The notes: generated by a model not told the origin, from the sequence alone. A stretch of 59,108 nucleotides of DNA from Oscillospiraceae bacterium (GCA_017448145.1 JAFSMA010000050.1:1-59108); one strand, 5' to 3'. Counted from the first letter of the stretch, positions 19,826 to 29,754 are shown. Numbers and translations: made by a program.

Positions 19826-20704
19826 ATGAATCGTGAAAAGCTGATGGGGCACGTGTACGCCATCTTCACCGTGCTGGTGTGGGGAAGCTGCTTCGTGCTG
19901 ACGAAAAACCTACTGGGGACGGGGCTCACCGCCATCCAGATCATCCCCCTGCGGATGGGGCTTGCCTATCTGGCGCTGCTGGCCATGCGGCCCAGGTTTT
20001 TGCGCCTGCCCATGAAAGACGAGCTGATGTTTGTCCTTATCGGCATTATGGGCGGCAGCCTCTATTTTTTCCTGCAGAACAAGGCGCTGACCTACACCTA
20101 CGCCGCCAACGTGGGCATTATCGTGGCCATGTCGCCGGTGCCGACGGTGATACTGGCCCAGCTCTTCTCACGGCAGGGGGAACGGCTGGGAAAGTGGGTG
20201 TACGCGGGAACGGCGGTGTCCGTGGTGGGCGTGGTGCTGGTGGTGCTCAACGGCACGCTGGCCTTCCACCTGAGCCCCGCAGGCGACCTGCTGGCATTGG
20301 GTGCGGCTCTGGCCTGGGCGGTATACTCTATACTGATCAAAAAATACACGGAACAATACGACAACTTCATCGTGACGCGGCGGGTATTTCTGTGGGCCTT
20401 TATCACCGCCGTGCCGCTGATGCTGCTCACCGACGGGATGCCCAATCTCCAGCCGGTGCTGGCCGATCCCAGAGCGTGGGTCTCCTGGCTGTTCCTGGCG
20501 GTGTTCGGCAACGCGGTGTGCTTCGCCGTCTGGAACATCGCCATTAAAAGGCTGGGGGTGGTGGTGACCAGCAACTACCTCTACGCCTCCCCCTTCGTGA
20601 CGGTGTTCGTGGGGTGGCTGCTGCTGGGGGAGCCCATCTCCCTGATGTCCATTTTGGGGGCGGTGCTGATCACGGTGGGCGTGATTTTGGCGTATAAGGA
20701 ATGA
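19826..20704 (+). CDS. DMT/EamA family transporter
   Basis: About 10 TM helices; VWGSCFVLTK, GDLLAL, LLGE motifs. Confidence 0.9.
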   Translation: MNREKLMGHVYAIFTVLVWGSCFVLTKNLLGTGLTAIQIIPLRMGLAYLALLAMRPRFLRLPMKDELMFVLIGIMGGSLYFFLQNKALTYTYAANVGIIVAMSPVPTVILAQLFSRQGERLGKWVYAGTAVSVVGVVLVVLNGTLAFHLSPAGDLLALGAALAWAVYSILIKKYTEQYDNFIVTRRVFLWAFITAVPLMLLTDGMPNLQPVLADPRAWVSWLFLAVFGNAVCFAVWNIAIKRLGVVVTSNYLYASPFVTVFVGWLLLGEPISLMSILGAVLITVGVILAYKE

Positions 20705-20713
20705 GATGTATGG

Positions 20714-20745
20714 AAAAGAGGTGCCGGTGGCGGCACCTCTTTTTT
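20714..20745. terminator. Bidirectional terminator
   Basis: AAAAGAGGTGCCG...CGGCACCTCTTTT between convergent genes. Confidence 0.75.
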
Positions 20746-20755
20746 GCGCTACATT

Positions 20756-21607
20756 TCAGATTTTCAAATCGCAGGCCAGGCTCATGACGGCGCTGCCGCC
20801 GATGCGTACGGCTGGGCTGCCGTTCTCCCCAATGGTGAGGCGACTGCGGATCTCCGAGGGGCGATGCATGTGCTCGCCCTGGCAGAACACGTTCTCCTGC
20901 CCCGGCTGCACCAGGCCCCGGAGGTAGAGGTAGTAGGTCAGGGCGCCGTTGGACGTGCCGGTGGCGCATTCCTCGGGGATGTCGTAGAGAGGGGCGAAGT
21001 TGCTGCAATAGGTGACGCCATCCCCCAGGCAGAACATGTGGACGCCCACGCAGTCGTACCGGCGGCTGAGGGCGGTGACGGCGGCGTCGTTCTGCACGGC
21101 CCGCAGCAGCGTATCGTGATCGCGGACGGGCATCATGATGTCGGCAAGGCCGGTGGAGACGATTTGGGGGGCGAAGCCGTCAGGACAGTCCGCGGGGGTG
21201 AGACCGTAGGCGCCGTACAGCTCCGGCAGCTCCTCCGCCGTCAGGGTGCGCAGCAGCTTGGGCGGGGCCATGTCCATCCACACCGTGTCGCCGGTGACGG
21301 TGATGGACAAATCGCCCGCCTTGGTGTGGGCGATATGGTCGCCGTCGCCGATTTTGCCCAGCTTGCGCAGCAGGGCGAAGGAGGCCACGGTGGCGTGGCC
21401 GCACAGCTCCACCTCCCCGGCGGGGGTGAAGTAGCGCAGCGTGACGCCCCCCTCCCCCATCGTGACGAAGGCGGTCTCCGAGTGCTTGAACTCCCCGGCG
21501 ATTTGGGTGCAGAGGGCATCGTCCAGTGGGCGGTCCGGCAGCACCACGCCGGCCTGGTTGCCGCCGAACACCCGGCGGGAAAAGGCATCCATTACATAGG
21601 CTTCCAT
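20756..21607 (-). CDS. PhzF family isomerase/epimerase
   Basis: DAFS, GGNQAGVV, SETAF, RYFTP.GEVELCGHAT, EECATGTSNGAL. Confidence 0.9.
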   Translation of the reverse strand: MEAYVMDAFSRRVFGGNQAGVVLPDRPLDDALCTQIAGEFKHSETAFVTMGEGGVTLRYFTPAGEVELCGHATVASFALLRKLGKIGDGDHIAHTKAGDLSITVTGDTVWMDMAPPKLLRTLTAEELPELYGAYGLTPADCPDGFAPQIVSTGLADIMMPVRDHDTLLRAVQNDAAVTALSRRYDCVGVHMFCLGDGVTYCSNFAPLYDIPEECATGTSNGALTYYLYLRGLVQPGQENVFCQGEHMHRPSEIRSRLTIGENGSPAVRIGGSAVMSLACDLKI

Positions 21608-21627
21608 GGGCGTCACATCCTTTCTTT

Positions 21628-21790
21628 AAGGCGAAACCGCATAATGCAACGAGAGCAGATTCCGAGAAAGTCTGCGTTCTGATGATGGCCGTTTTTCGCA
21701 GCAATACTTTGTGTATTGTAAGAAAAACGGACGAAATCAGGGCGCAGAGTTTCCGGAAGATGCCGATGGTGGATTGTGCGGTGTCACCTT
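21628..21790. ncRNA. Structured ~165-nt repeat (family B; Clostridiales-1-like RNA motif)
   Basis: Imperfect terminal inverted repeats; homologous to 40788-40955 with compensatory stem changes. Family name is recalled resemblance only. Confidence 0.6.
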
Positions 21791-21879
21791 CTTCATTATA
21801 GTCCAGGCGGCGTTTGACAGCAAGGGCTTTTTGGACTATGATGGATATATTAGAAAGAAAAAGGAAGCGTTATTGAAAA

Positions 21880-23238
21880 ATGGCGAAAAAGATTCCCTTT
21901 TGGGCGGCGCTGCTGGGGCTCATCCTCACGGCGGGCATCATGTTTGTGTGCCTGGTGGTATGGCACAGCCAGCCCCAGATCCCGCTGCTGCTGGGATGCG
22001 GCGTGGCGACGGCCATTGCGCTGCTGTACGGCTGGCAATGGGAGGACATCTGCCGGGGCATGGTGGACAGCATCAGTCGGTCGCTGGAGGCGGTGCTGAT
22101 TCTGCTGCTCATCGGCGTGCTGGTGGGGGTGTGGATCGCCGCGGGCACGGTGCCGGCCATGGTGGTGTACGGGCTGCGGCTCATCTCCCCCCGGCTCTTT
22201 CTGGCCAGCGCCATGCTGGTGTGCGCCCTCCTGTCCATGGCCCTAGGCTCCTGGGGCACGGCGGGCACGGTGGGCATCGCCTTCATGGGCATGGCCCGGG
22301 CCATGGGGGTGCCGCTGCCCATGGCGGCGGGTGCCGTCATCTCCGGCGCCTATGTGGGTGACAAGCTGTCGCCGTTGGCGGACTCCACGGTGCTGGCGGC
22401 GGCCATGGCGGAAATCGACGTGTTTGCCAGCATCCGCAACATCGCCAAGGTGGCGCTGCCCACCTTCGCGGTGTGCCTGGGGGCCTATGGCGTGCTGGGC
22501 TGGCGGTACGGCGGCGGCGTGGCGGCGGACAGTGTGTCGGCCATGTCGGACGCGCTGCAATCCGCTTTCCGGCTGGGTCTGCCCGCCTTTTTGCCCCTTT
22601 TGGTACTGGTGGGGTGCATCCTGTGCAAAATCCCCGCCATTCCCAGCCTTTTCCTGGGCTGCGTGACAGGGGGCGTATACGCCGTGGCGGTGCAGGGCGC
22701 ATCGGCGGCGGAGGTGATGGGATACGCCTTTGGCGGCTATGTGGGCCAGACCGGGGTGGCTATGGTGGATCAGCTGTTGACCGCCGGAGGGCTGTCCTCC
22801 ATGCTGTACTCGGTGTCCATCGTGGTGCTTGCCATGGCCTTTGGGGGCATTATGGAGAAAACGGGGCAGATGGAGGTGCTGCTCTCCCCCATCGTCCGCC
22901 GTCTCCGGGGCTTCGTGCCGCTGATGGCCTGCGCGGTGGCCACCTGCGGCGTGGTGAACCTGGTGCTGCCGGACCAGTATATCGGCATCGCCCTGCCGGG
23001 GCGGATGTACGCCGCCGCCTTTGACCGGGCGGGCATGGAGCGGCGGGACCTCTCCCTTGCCATCGGCGTGGGCGGGGCGCTGACCTCGGCGCTGGTGCCC
23101 TGGAACACCTGCGGCATCTACATGGCCGGGGTGCTGGGGGTGGCCACGGCGGAATATCTGCCCTATGCCCTCTATAACCTGGCTATGCCGGTGGCGGCCA
23201 TCGTGTACGCCGCCCTGCGGCAGGCAAAGCGAAAATAA
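21880..23238 (+). CDS. NhaC family Na+/H+ antiporter or amino-acid transporter
   Basis: GSWGTAGTVGIA, ISGAYVGDKLSPLADST, LVPWN motifs. Confidence 0.88.
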   Translation: MAKKIPFWAALLGLILTAGIMFVCLVVWHSQPQIPLLLGCGVATAIALLYGWQWEDICRGMVDSISRSLEAVLILLLIGVLVGVWIAAGTVPAMVVYGLRLISPRLFLASAMLVCALLSMALGSWGTAGTVGIAFMGMARAMGVPLPMAAGAVISGAYVGDKLSPLADSTVLAAAMAEIDVFASIRNIAKVALPTFAVCLGAYGVLGWRYGGGVAADSVSAMSDALQSAFRLGLPAFLPLLVLVGCILCKIPAIPSLFLGCVTGGVYAVAVQGASAAEVMGYAFGGYVGQTGVAMVDQLLTAGGLSSMLYSVSIVVLAMAFGGIMEKTGQMEVLLSPIVRRLRGFVPLMACAVATCGVVNLVLPDQYIGIALPGRMYAAAFDRAGMERRDLSLAIGVGGALTSALVPWNTCGIYMAGVLGVATAEYLPYALYNLAMPVAAIVYAALRQAKRK

Positions 23239-23311
23239 TGGTTCTATAATAAATGTTGGGTGTAGCTCGGTCTTTCGGCTTCGCTACCCCAACATTTATT
23301 ATAGAACCATT
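23237..23311. repeat. 75-bp element with perfect 24-bp AT-rich inverted repeats
   Basis: AATGGTTCTATAATAAATGTTGGG ... CCCAACATTTATTATAGAACCATT. Confidence 0.85.
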
Positions 23312-23443
23312 TTAAATTACATACAATAATCCAATTGCCTTTTCAACTCACTATTGCGTCCCTATCCCGAATATGGTAAAATATACAATAAACTATGAAG
23401 GAAATCATGTTCTACCGTCTGTTGTAAAGGGGTGCATTGTCCC

Positions 23444-24370
23444 ATGAGGCGCATGAAACGATATGTCGCGTTGATTCTCTCTCTCCTTCTTCTGATTTCC
23501 GTAGAATCGGTCTGGGCGTCCGAACCCGAGAGCAGCGGGATGTATCACATTTCCGATGCTTGCATCAACACGATTCGGACTGCCAGTGACTACGCCGTGG
23601 AGGCCATCAAGGTTGATGGCTTCGACGGAGATTACTATCCCGGCGCGGTGCGTTTCAATGTCACCTGCCCCGATGTAAAAGCCGGAGAGGAGTATGTCAT
23701 ATTTGTTGTCGAAGGCGCCGGCCCACTCTCTGCATCCAACATCGTATATGTTAATCAGCAGAAGGCTGTCAGAGACGGCTCCCTTACCTTCAGTAACGTC
23801 TACCCCAGCAAGCTTGAGGAGCAACAGTACAGCGTCTATGTTACAGGTGCAGACAAAGATGCGTCTTCTCCCCTGGCAACCTTTTTCTACCATCTGGTGC
23901 AACAGTTTGCGTTGCGGTTGAAGCTGTTCGGTGTTGACACCTCCGGCGTCTCCGTTACGCTGTTCCGAAATGATGATTATATTGATGCCGCTTTTGAAAC
24001 GAACAGCTCTTCCTTTTTCTTCCCCCGGCTGGACAGCGGCTCCCAGTACGGCGTATATGTGCAGAAATCCGATTATGTTCCTTTTTACAGCGGTTTCGCT
24101 TTGGACGCCGACACGGAGTTGATTGTGCCTATGGTGGTGCCCGGCGACCTCAATGGCACCCCCGAGAGCAATGGTGACCCTATGGGCATCAGTGATCTGC
24201 AGGCACTATATGAGTATCTCTCGCAGCGAACCTCTGTCGCAAATAATCCCATTTTTGCAGCTAATGCCGACTATTTCCACCAGGTTTGCAACTACAATGG
24301 CGATGATGCCGTCAACATTCTGGACTATCAGGCCATGTATGAAGCCATTACCAACGCCAATCTTTACTGA
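23444..24370 (+). CDS. Secreted protein with C-terminal dockerin-like domain
   Basis: Signal peptide MKRYVALILSLLLLISVESVWA; duplicated Ca-loop motifs GDLNG...ISDLQAL and NYNGDDAVNILDYQAM; lower GC than neighbours. Confidence 0.65.
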   Translation: MRRMKRYVALILSLLLLISVESVWASEPESSGMYHISDACINTIRTASDYAVEAIKVDGFDGDYYPGAVRFNVTCPDVKAGEEYVIFVVEGAGPLSASNIVYVNQQKAVRDGSLTFSNVYPSKLEEQQYSVYVTGADKDASSPLATFFYHLVQQFALRLKLFGVDTSGVSVTLFRNDDYIDAAFETNSSSFFFPRLDSGSQYGVYVQKSDYVPFYSGFALDADTELIVPMVVPGDLNGTPESNGDPMGISDLQALYEYLSQRTSVANNPIFAANADYFHQVCNYNGDDAVNILDYQAMYEAITNANLY

Positions 24371-24434
24371 AGCGTCAGCTCGCTGCACCTATAAGATTAT
24401 CGTTGCTTTACCCAAACGATTGACCTCGCGCCAC

Positions 24435-24467
24435 AAAAAGCACCCGCCTTTCGGCGGGTGCTTTTTT
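24435..24467. terminator. Bidirectional terminator
   Basis: AAAAAGCACCCGCC-TTTC-GGCGGGTGCTTTTTT. Confidence 0.85.
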
Positions 24468-24482
24468 ATGCTTTTTGGGAAA

Positions 24483-25151
24483 TCAGTCCAGCATGGACTT
24501 CAGGTTCTCGGCGACGGTGATGGGGGCAGCGGTGGCAGCCTTCACATCGTCCACGGTGAACTCGGGGTTGATCTCGGTCATGAGCAGGCCCTTATCGGTG
24601 ACTTCCAGCACGCACATCTCAGTGATGATCTTGTTGACGCAGTGGGAGGCGGTCAGGGGCAGGCGGCACTTCTCGAAGATCTTGGGGTTGCCCTTGGCGG
24701 TGTGCTCCATGCACACGATGCAGTTGCGGGCGCCCACGCACAGATCCATGGCGCCGCCCATGCCGGGCATACGCTTGCCGGGGATGATCCAGTTGGCCAG
24801 GTTGCCCTGGGCATCCACTTCCAGAGCGCCCAGGAAGCAGGCGTCCACGTGGCCGCCGCGAATCAGGCCGAAGTTGGTGGCGGAGTCGATGAAGCCGCCG
24901 CCGTAGGCCACGGAAGCAACGCCGCCGCCGGCGTCGATGACGTGGTAGGGATCGTAGTTGGCATCGCCCTCTTTGGGGGTGGCACCGGCGGACACGATGC
25001 CCAGCTCGGCGTGGATGATCAGCTCAACGCCCTCGGGCAGATAAGCGGGGATCATGGTGGGCAGGCCGATACCCAGGTTGACAACATCGCCGTCCTTCAG
25101 CTCTTTGGCGCAGCGCTTGGCAATAAAGGCCTTGATCTCAGACTTTTCCAT
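24483..25151 (-). CDS. atoA: Butyrate-acetoacetate CoA-transferase subunit B
   Basis: VNLGIGLP, IHAELG (catalytic Glu position), IRGGHVD, GMGGAMDL. Confidence 0.88.
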   Translation of the reverse strand: MEKSEIKAFIAKRCAKELKDGDVVNLGIGLPTMIPAYLPEGVELIIHAELGIVSAGATPKEGDANYDPYHVIDAGGGVASVAYGGGFIDSATNFGLIRGGHVDACFLGALEVDAQGNLANWIIPGKRMPGMGGAMDLCVGARNCIVCMEHTAKGNPKIFEKCRLPLTASHCVNKIITEMCVLEVTDKGLLMTEINPEFTVDDVKAATAAPITVAENLKSMLD

Positions 25152-25843
25152 TACTTTCTTTCTCCTTCCACGATGTAGTCAACGCACATGCCGTAGGTGT
25201 GAATGTTCTCGGGCTCGATCTCGCCAACGGGAACAATGTACTCGCACTCAGCGATCACGGTGTCGGCAGCGGTGGCCATGACCGTGTTGAAGTTGCGCAT
25301 GGTGCCCTTGTACCAGCAGTTGCCGTACTCATCGCACTTATAGGTGCCCAGCAGGGCGAAGTCGCCACGGATGGGCTTCATCAGCAGGTATTCCTTGCCG
25401 TCGATGGTCTGCTTTCCCAGGCACAGGGGGCTCTGCTCGATGAGCGTATCCACGCCCACGGGAGTCAGCACGCCGCCAAGACCGGCGCCGCCGGCGCGGA
25501 CGCACTCGGCCAGGGAGCCCTGGGGAATCAGGTTGACCTCCAGCGTGCCCTCGGCGTTCTGCTGGCCCACCTCGGGGGTCATGCCCACGTGGGTGGCGAT
25601 GATGCGCTTGACCTGGTGGTTATGAATCAGCTCCGCGATGCCGAAGTACTCCTCGCCCATGGGGCCGGTCTGACGGGCCATATCATTGGCCACCAGAGTC
25701 AGATTCTTGGTACCCAGCTTCACCAGCTCTTTGACGATTGCGCGGGCCTGACCGCAAGCCAGGAAGCCGCCGCACAGAATGGTGGCGCCTTCCGGGATCA
25801 TCTTCGCTGCCTCAGCGGCAGTGAGAACAGGTTTCTTTGCCAT
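25151..25843 (-). CDS. atoD: Butyrate-acetoacetate CoA-transferase subunit A
   Basis: GGFLACG, PQGSLAECVRAGGAGLGGVLTPVG, RNFN. Confidence 0.88.
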   Translation of the reverse strand: MAKKPVLTAAEAAKMIPEGATILCGGFLACGQARAIVKELVKLGTKNLTLVANDMARQTGPMGEEYFGIAELIHNHQVKRIIATHVGMTPEVGQQNAEGTLEVNLIPQGSLAECVRAGGAGLGGVLTPVGVDTLIEQSPLCLGKQTIDGKEYLLMKPIRGDFALLGTYKCDEYGNCWYKGTMRNFNTVMATAADTVIAECEYIVPVGEIEPENIHTYGMCVDYIVEGERK

Positions 25844-26071
25844 TTGTAGTCCTCCTTGTTGTTACTGTTTCCCAAAAATAGTGTTCGCTATTTTTTTAAC
25901 AGGCATATCATATCACGCCCCATCGGAAAAAGCAACCCCGACATCGGGCACTTTTTCACAAAAAATGCGGGTTTTTCGCACCGAAAAGGGGGCATTTTTC
26001 GGCGTTGAGGGGTGCCGGGCGTGAAAACGACCGCGGAGGGAAGTCCGCGGTCGTTCACCCGGCGCAAAAGT

Positions 26072-26860
26072 TTACTTCATGCCGCGCTTGACCATCTCGG
26101 TGACCACGAAGCTGGCCACGTCGTCGCCATAGGTGCCGGCGCCGAAGCCGGCGTCATAGCCCAGCTCCTTGGCCAGCTCATGGGTGATACGGGGGCCGCC
26201 GCAGACCACCACGAACTTATCCCGCAGGCCCTCGGCCTCCAGCAGCTCGATGAGGTTGGTCAGGTTCTGGATGTGAACGTCCTTCTGGGTCACGGTCTGG
26301 GACACCAGCAGGGCGTCGGCATGCAGCTCCACTGCCTTCTTGATGAACTCCTCGTTGGGCACCTGGGAGCCCAGGTTGTAGGCCTCCACCATCTCGTAGC
26401 GCTCCACGCCGTAGTGACCGGCGAAGCCCTTGCGGTTCATGATGGCGTCGATACCCACGGTGTGGGCGTCGGTGCCGGTGGAGGCGCCCACCATGACTAC
26501 CTTGCGGCCGATGTGCTCCCGGATGTAGTCGTTGGTCTCCTCCATGCTCATGACCTCGGAATCCACGGTGATGACGTGGATATCCTCATAGTTGACGCTG
26601 TGGACACAGCTGCCGTAGACCACGTAGAAGGTGAACTCCTTATCCAGGGGGGCGTGGTAGGCCACGTTGGGCTCCTCCAGACCCATCTTCTTGGCGATCT
26701 GGCGGGCGGCTTCCTCGCCCCTGGCGTCGTCCTTGACGGGCAGGGTGAAGCTGGTCTGCACCTTGCCGTCGTTCATGGTGTCGCCGTAGGGCTTGAGGCG
26801 GGTCAGATCCAGCGTGGTATCAAAGTCGATTTTATGGGTGTTATACAGTCCGCTGCTCAT
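26072..26860 (-). CDS. kamE: Lysine 5,6-aminomutase beta subunit
   Basis: KPYGDTMNDGKVQ; B12-binding DAHTVG followed by PLP lysine (MNRKG). Confidence 0.95.
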   Translation of the reverse strand: MSSGLYNTHKIDFDTTLDLTRLKPYGDTMNDGKVQTSFTLPVKDDARGEEAARQIAKKMGLEEPNVAYHAPLDKEFTFYVVYGSCVHSVNYEDIHVITVDSEVMSMEETNDYIREHIGRKVVMVGASTGTDAHTVGIDAIMNRKGFAGHYGVERYEMVEAYNLGSQVPNEEFIKKAVELHADALLVSQTVTQKDVHIQNLTNLIELLEAEGLRDKFVVVCGGPRITHELAKELGYDAGFGAGTYGDDVASFVVTEMVKRGMK

Positions 26861-28419
26861 TCTCCTGCCACCTTACCTTTCATCTCTTCCACAAAGGGAT
26901 TGAAGTACTTGTCGTCCTTCACCACCACGCCGGCCAGGCCCTTGCCGCCGTCCTTGGGGCGCTTCACGTCGGCGAAGATGCCCTTCTCGATGGTGGTGAA
27001 CAGGCCCAGGGTCTCGATCTCCTTCAGGAGGTCGGTGGCCTTCACCAGCACCTCGTTGGCGCGGTTGCGAATGATGCCGTTCTCCTTGTAGGTCAGCTCG
27101 CTGCCCAGGTCCTTCATGGTGCGGAAGATGTACTGGGCGTTCTCGATGGACAGGGCGCGGTCAGACATGAAGGGGGTGTGGATGGCCTCGGTCATCATGC
27201 CCAGCAGGTGCAGCTTCTGGCCGGTGAGGATGGTGACCATGTTGAACAGGGCATCCTGGATGTGGCCGCGGAAGATGTTGCCGGTCATGAACTTGGTGGG
27301 GGGCATATACTTCAGGGGCGCCTTGGGGAAAATCTCACGGGCCATCTGCGCCTGGGCCAGCTCATAGAGGAAGGTGTTCTCCACGGAGGGATCCATCTCA
27401 AAGGCGTGGCCCAGACCCATCTGCTCCTCACGCATACCGGCGCTCTTGGCGAAGGCCTCGTTGATGAACTGGGAGGCCAGCACGGTATGGGCGGAGGTGA
27501 TGGCGTCGTCGGTGGTCAGGTAGTTGTCCTCACCGGTGTTGATGATGACGCCGGTATAGCCGTTGATGACGCGGGAGAAGAACTGGTCCACGATGGTGCG
27601 CTGCATGTTGATGTCGCGGAACAGGATGCCGTACAGGGCGTCGTTGAGCATAACGTCCAGGCGCTCCAGAGCACCCATGGCGGCGATCTCGGGCATGCAC
27701 AATCCGGAGCAGTAGTTGCACAGGCGGATGTAGCGGTGCTGCTCCTCGCCCACCTCGTCCAGGGCGGCGCGCATCAGGCGGAAGTTCTCCTGGGTGGCGT
27801 AGGTGCCGCCGAAGCCCTCGGTGGTGGCGCCGTAAGGCACGTAGTCCAGCAGGGACTGGCCGGTGGTGCGGATGACGGCGATGATGTCGGCGCCCTGCTT
27901 GGCGCCGGCCTTGGCCTGGATAATATCCTCGTAGATATTACCGGTGGCCACGATGATGTAGAGATAGGGGCCTTCCTTGTCGCCGAAGCGGTTCAGGAAC
28001 TCGTTGCGCTTGGCCACGTTGCCCTTTATGCGCTCAATGGTCTTGTCCACGTAGGGCTTAATGGCGGCGCGGATCTCCGCGTCGGAGTGGGCGGGCACCT
28101 TGCCCAGATCCAGGTCACCGGCGTCGATGGCCTCTGCCACGCCCTGGGGATCCTTGCCGGTCTCGATGATGGCGTTGCCGATGGTCCAGGCGGCGCCCAG
28201 GGGCAGCATGCCGCCCGCCATCAGGTGATCCACCAGCACGTTGGGCATGGGCACGTCCATATCGTTGACGCCATCGATGCCCAGCAGACGGCAAACGGCG
28301 CGCTCCACCGTGACGGTGGTGTGCTGGTCGATGAAGCGCTGGGTATCGTCCGCAATCTTGGCGGCGGAGGCCCGGGCCTGATTGACCAGATCAAAGTTCA
28401 AGCCGAGTTTGCTTTCCAT
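26857..28419 (-). CDS. kamD: Lysine 5,6-aminomutase alpha subunit
   Basis: VATGNIYED, RTTGQSLLDYVPYG, NYCSGLCMPEIA, KYMPPTK. Confidence 0.95.
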   Translation of the reverse strand: MESKLGLNFDLVNQARASAAKIADDTQRFIDQHTTVTVERAVCRLLGIDGVNDMDVPMPNVLVDHLMAGGMLPLGAAWTIGNAIIETGKDPQGVAEAIDAGDLDLGKVPAHSDAEIRAAIKPYVDKTIERIKGNVAKRNEFLNRFGDKEGPYLYIIVATGNIYEDIIQAKAGAKQGADIIAVIRTTGQSLLDYVPYGATTEGFGGTYATQENFRLMRAALDEVGEEQHRYIRLCNYCSGLCMPEIAAMGALERLDVMLNDALYGILFRDINMQRTIVDQFFSRVINGYTGVIINTGEDNYLTTDDAITSAHTVLASQFINEAFAKSAGMREEQMGLGHAFEMDPSVENTFLYELAQAQMAREIFPKAPLKYMPPTKFMTGNIFRGHIQDALFNMVTILTGQKLHLLGMMTEAIHTPFMSDRALSIENAQYIFRTMKDLGSELTYKENGIIRNRANEVLVKATDLLKEIETLGLFTTIEKGIFADVKRPKDGGKGLAGVVVKDDKYFNPFVEEMKGKVAGE

Positions 28420-28503
28420 AGTGTTACCTCTTTATCAAATGTCGAAATGGCAGCGCGGCGGCGGGCCGGAGAAAGACGGCCCGCCGTCGGCATAAGAAAT
28501 CGC

Positions 28504-29754
28504 TTAGTGCTTGACGTGACGCTCGTTACGCAGCAGCTTGGTGGGCTCCAAGTAGCGCTGCAGCGTGCCCTCGGCCACCCAGGCCACGCCGGTCTTGTCC
28601 ACCTTCTTCTTGCCGGTGCAGACGTCGCAGTGGCAATTCTGGACATAGTGGGCAGGCTCGGTGTAGGAGGTGATGACGCCCTCGAAGTTGCGCAGGATCA
28701 CCTTGCGCGGCGTCTGGGAGATGAGATAGTTGGGCATAACGGGGGTCTTGCCGCCGCCGCCGGGGGCGTCCACCACGAAGGTGGGGATGCAGTAGCCGGA
28801 GGTATGGCCGCGGAGGGCCTCCATGATCTCGATGCCCTTGGACACGGGAGTGCGGAAGTGGCTCAGGCCCAGGGAGGGATCGCAGGCGTAGATGTAGTAA
28901 GGACGGACGCGCATCTGCACCAGGCCGTGGACCAGCTCCATCATCACGTGGGTGCAGTCGTTGACGCCGGCCAGCAGCACGGACTGGTTGCCCAGAGGGA
29001 TACCGGCATCGGCCAGCATGGCGCAGGCCTTGGCGGATTCGGGAGAGAACTCCTTGGGGGTGTTGAAGTGGGTGTTGAGCCAGATGGGATGATACTTCTT
29101 CAGCATGTTGCACAGCTCGGGGGTGATACGCTGGGGACACACCACGGGGGTGCGGGAGCCCAGGCGGACGATCTCCACGTGGGGGATGGCCCGAACCTTG
29201 CTGATGATGTACTCCAAAGTCTCATCGGAGACCATCAGGGCGTCACCGCCGGAGAGCAGCACGTCCCGAACCTCGGGATGGTTGGCCACATACTCGATGC
29301 ACTTGTCGATCTGCTGCATGGGCACCTCGCAATCGTTCTGACCGGCGAAGCGGCGACGGGTGCAGTGACGGCAGTACATGGAGCACTGGTCGGTGATGAG
29401 CAGCAGCACGCGGTCGGGATAGCGGTGGGTCAGGCCGGGGGTGGGAGAGTCGGTATCCTCGTGGAGGGGATCGGCGTCCTCATAGTCGGCATAATCCAGC
29501 TCCTCGGCACGGGGAATGGCCATCTTGCGGATGGGATCGAAGGGATCGTCCAGGTCGATGAGGGACAGATAGTAAGGCGTGACAGCCATACGCAGCTTGC
29601 CCAGGGTCTTGCGGACGCCCTCTTCCTCGTCGGGAGTCAGGGTCATGTACTTCTTCAGGTCCTCCACCGTCTCAGCGCGGTTGTCAACCTGCCAATGCCA
29701 GTCGTTCCACAGCTCTTCGGGAACATCAGCAAACAAACCGTTACGAGTCTTCAT
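28504..29754 (-). CDS. kamA: Lysine 2,3-aminomutase (radical SAM, PLP)
   Basis: THRYPDRVL, CSMYCRHC, GHTSG, DAPGGGGK. Confidence 0.96.
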   Translation of the reverse strand: MKTRNGLFADVPEELWNDWHWQVDNRAETVEDLKKYMTLTPDEEEGVRKTLGKLRMAVTPYYLSLIDLDDPFDPIRKMAIPRAEELDYADYEDADPLHEDTDSPTPGLTHRYPDRVLLLITDQCSMYCRHCTRRRFAGQNDCEVPMQQIDKCIEYVANHPEVRDVLLSGGDALMVSDETLEYIISKVRAIPHVEIVRLGSRTPVVCPQRITPELCNMLKKYHPIWLNTHFNTPKEFSPESAKACAMLADAGIPLGNQSVLLAGVNDCTHVMMELVHGLVQMRVRPYYIYACDPSLGLSHFRTPVSKGIEIMEALRGHTSGYCIPTFVVDAPGGGGKTPVMPNYLISQTPRKVILRNFEGVITSYTEPAHYVQNCHCDVCTGKKKVDKTGVAWVAEGTLQRYLEPTKLLRNERHVKH

